A stretch of 64,000 bases of DNA from Squalus acanthias (lineage: Eukaryota): positions 149,298,001 through 149,362,000 of the forward strand of contig CM059431.1 in NCBI GenBank assembly GCA_030390025.1, in the 5' to 3' direction. The position numbers and the translations under genes were made by a program. This document shows, piece by piece, positions 61,408 through 64,000 of the stretch. Positions within the stretch are counted from its first letter, which is position 1, and the number at the start of each line of letters is the position of its first letter. The notes beneath the pieces are model-generated. The model was not told the origin of the DNA. It did not search any database and was given only the letters and a program-made list of their open reading frames with translations.

Positions 61408-62828
61408 CCATAAGAACATAAGAAAAAGGAGCAGGAGTTGGTCATTTGGAGCTTCGAGCCTGCTCCGCCATTCAATAAGATCATGGCTGATCTTCTACCT
61501 CATCTCCACTTTCCTGCACTATCCCCATATCCCTTGATTCCCCATATATTCACAAATCTATCGACCTCTTTCTTGAATATACTCAACGACTAAGCCTCCA
61601 CAGTCCTCTGGAGAAGAGAATTCCAAAGATTCATGACCCTCTGATTGAATAAATGTCTCATCTGAGTCCTAGATGGCTGACCCCTTATTCTGAATCTGTG
61701 ACCCTTGGTTCTAGTCTCCACATCCAGGGGAAACATCTTCCCTGCTTCTACCCTGTCAAAACCTGCACGAATTTTGTATGTTTCAATGAGATCACCTCTC
61801 AATCTTCTAAATTCAAGAGAATATAGGCCGAGTCTATTTAATCTGTCCTCATTGGACAATCCCCCCATCCCAGGAACCAATCTGGTGAACCTTCGTTGCA
61901 CTCCCTCTATGGCAAGTATATTCTTCCTTAGCTAAGACCATAACTGTACACAATACTCCAGGTTTGGTCTCTCCAGTGCCCTATATACTTGCAGTAAGAC
62001 GTCTTTACTCCTATACTCAAATCCTCTATTAATAATGGTCAACATAGCATTTGCTTTCCTAATTGTTTGCTGTACCTTCATGTTATCTTTCAATGATTCG
62101 TGTACGAGGACACCCAGATCACTCTGAACCGCATCATTCCCCAATCTAGCACCATTTAAAAAATATTTCTGCTTTTCTATGTTTCCTACCAAAATGGATA
62201 ATTTCACATTTCTCCACATTTTGCCATGTACTTGCCCAATAACTTAGCTTGCCTATATCCCCTTGAAGCCTCCTTGCGACCTCCTCACAGCTTACATTCC
62301 CACCTTACTTATATCATCAGCAAACTTGGATATATTACATTTGGTCCCTCATTCAAATCATTGTTGTAGATTGGGAATAGCTGAAGCCCAAGCACTGCTT
62401 CTTGCGGTAACCCACTAGTTACAGCCTGCCAACCCGAAAATGACCCTTTTAATCCTGCTCTCTGTTTTCTGTCCGTTAATCAATCCTCAATATTTCCCCC
62501 AATCCCATGAGACCTAATTTTATTTAATATCCTGTTTGGCGGCACCTTAGCGAATGCTTTCAGAAAATCCAAATACACCATATCCACTGGTTCCCCCTTA
62601 TTTTTTCTGCTAGTTACAACCTCAGAAAATTCTAACAGATTTGGCAAAAACGGTTTCCCTTTCATAAATCAGCATTGACTCTGCCCAATCCTATTATTAT
62701 TTTCTAAGTGCACAGTTACCACGTCCTTAATAATAGATTCTAGCATTTTCCAACTAACTGTCAGGCGAACTGCTCAGTAGTTCGATGTTTTCTCTCTCCC
62801 TCCTTCCTTAACTAGTGGGGTTACATTT
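61408..62828 (-). mobile_element. CR1 LINE RT and 3' end
   Basis: ORFs 61590..61901, 61932..62219 and 62480..62665 (VYLDFLKAFAKVP). Confidence 0.9.
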
Positions 62829-62829
62829 C

Positions 62830-63300
62830 CTCTCTCTGTCGGGCCCAGGGTTCAATGAACAGTGATAAGGAGCAGTAGCCCTGGCTGATTTTCCCCTCTC
62901 TCGGACCCAGGGGTCACTGGTCAGTGCTCAGGAGCAGGAAATCTGGCTGATTTCCCCAGCTCTTTAACCCAGGGACGATTGGACAATGATCAGGAGCAGG
63001 AACCCTTGCTCAATCCCACCCTTGCAAACTCAGGCGTCACTGGAAAGTGATCAGGAGCATGAAAATAGGCTGATTTCCACTTTAAATAAACCGGGGCCCA
63101 GTGGAAAGTGATCAGTTTCAGGAACTCTGTTTGATTTCCGCTCTCTATAAACCAGGGCTCACTGGACAGTGATAAGGAGCAACAACCCTGGCTGATTTCC
63201 ATTCTCTATAAACCAGGACTCACTGGACAGCGATCAGGAGGCGGAACCATGGCTTGTTTCACCTCTATCTAAACGAGGGTTCACTGGACAGTGATCAGAA
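62830..63300. repeat. ~61-bp tandem repeat (about 8 units)
   Basis: CCCTGGCTGATTTCC..CTCT..ACCCAGGG.TCACTGGACAGTGATCAGGAGCAGGAA recurs at about 62880, 62942, 63003, 63066, 63125, 63187, 63248. Confidence 0.85.
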
Positions 63301-63666
63301 GGGTTTTTATTATAATCCGATTGGTTCATGATCCCCCTTACTGATACTAGCTTTTTATTCCAGATTTATTGCGTGGCTCCGGGCGATGTTGTGACGAGAA
63401 TGGAGCTGCATCTCCCAGCATGCCCAGCGAATTGAACTCCTCTGCAAAGTCAAGGAAGCCGGCTCCAGCGGTGCAACTTAAAGGGATCATAACCAATAAC
63501 TCGCCCCTGACAGAGTTTTGCAGTTGGAGTGGCTGTGTGATAATTCCTGCCACTGCAAGAGCTTTCCTTAGTTATTTCAAGGTTATTTAGTAGCAGGGAA
63601 TATTCTGGCAATTCCAAATTGTTCTCATTATTTTTCAGGCGCTTCAAACTACAATTGCTATAAGTC

Positions 63667-64000
63667 ATGGGGACTGTACTGACAGTCGAGCTCGCCCTCC
63701 AGCATCTACAGCGTAGGGAGCGAGAAAGACAGGACCATGTGCGCAGAGGGAGGAGGAGGAGGGCCAGCAGGGCTCTCAACAGGAGGCCTTAACCAACTAG
63801 GGTCTTCCGACATCAGTTCTCCTACCTTCAATTAAGCGAGGGGCTGTGTATTAGGAGGCTTCGTTTCACCAAGGAGGTGGTCACAGAACTCTGCCCCCCT
63901 CCTGCAACCAGACCTCCAGCCTCAGACCATGGCATCCGCGACTCTCCCAATGGCAGTCAATGTCACCGTGGAATTCAATCTCTTCGCCAGAGGATCCTTC
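63667..64000 (+). mobile_element. Decayed PIF/Harbinger (HARBI1-like) transposase N-terminus, running off the window
   Basis: Manual translation RRP*PTRVFRHQFSYLQLSEGLCIRRLRFTKEVVTELC/LLQPDLQPQT..LPMAVNVTVEFNLFARGSF resembles the HARBI1-family N-terminal region. Stop codon and frameshift present; not in the ORF track. Confidence 0.75.

Overview
Vertebrate nuclear DNA, most likely from a cartilaginous fish (inferred from the repeat families: HE1/V-SINE-like and DeuSINE-like SINEs, CR1/HER1-type LINEs, Penelope-like elements). Repeats dominate: nested CR1, L2, RTE and Penelope fragments, a TIR element in two copies, a decayed Harbinger transposase, satellites with about 33, 32, 51 and 61 bp units, and a CT-rich tract. 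The only host gene content is a minus-strand cluster of GPR139-like rhodopsin-family GPCR pieces. These are one 7TM-body exon (40390-41290, single -1 frameshift), three intact first coding exons (2384-2564, 8290-8470, 53555-53735) and one destroyed first exon (about 43738-44623). The first 11 kb is a near-identical ~5.9 kb tandem duplication. The most notable observations are a possible variable-first-exon or exon-replacement architecture, 100-bp arrays of TM1/splice-donor copies, minimal hammerhead ribozyme motifs with stem covariation (two inside a fold-back element in the GPCR intron), a YY1-motif tandem array, and a satellite block splitting a LINE. Repeat boundaries were read by eye and are approximate (tens of bp); family names come from recall, not from database searches.
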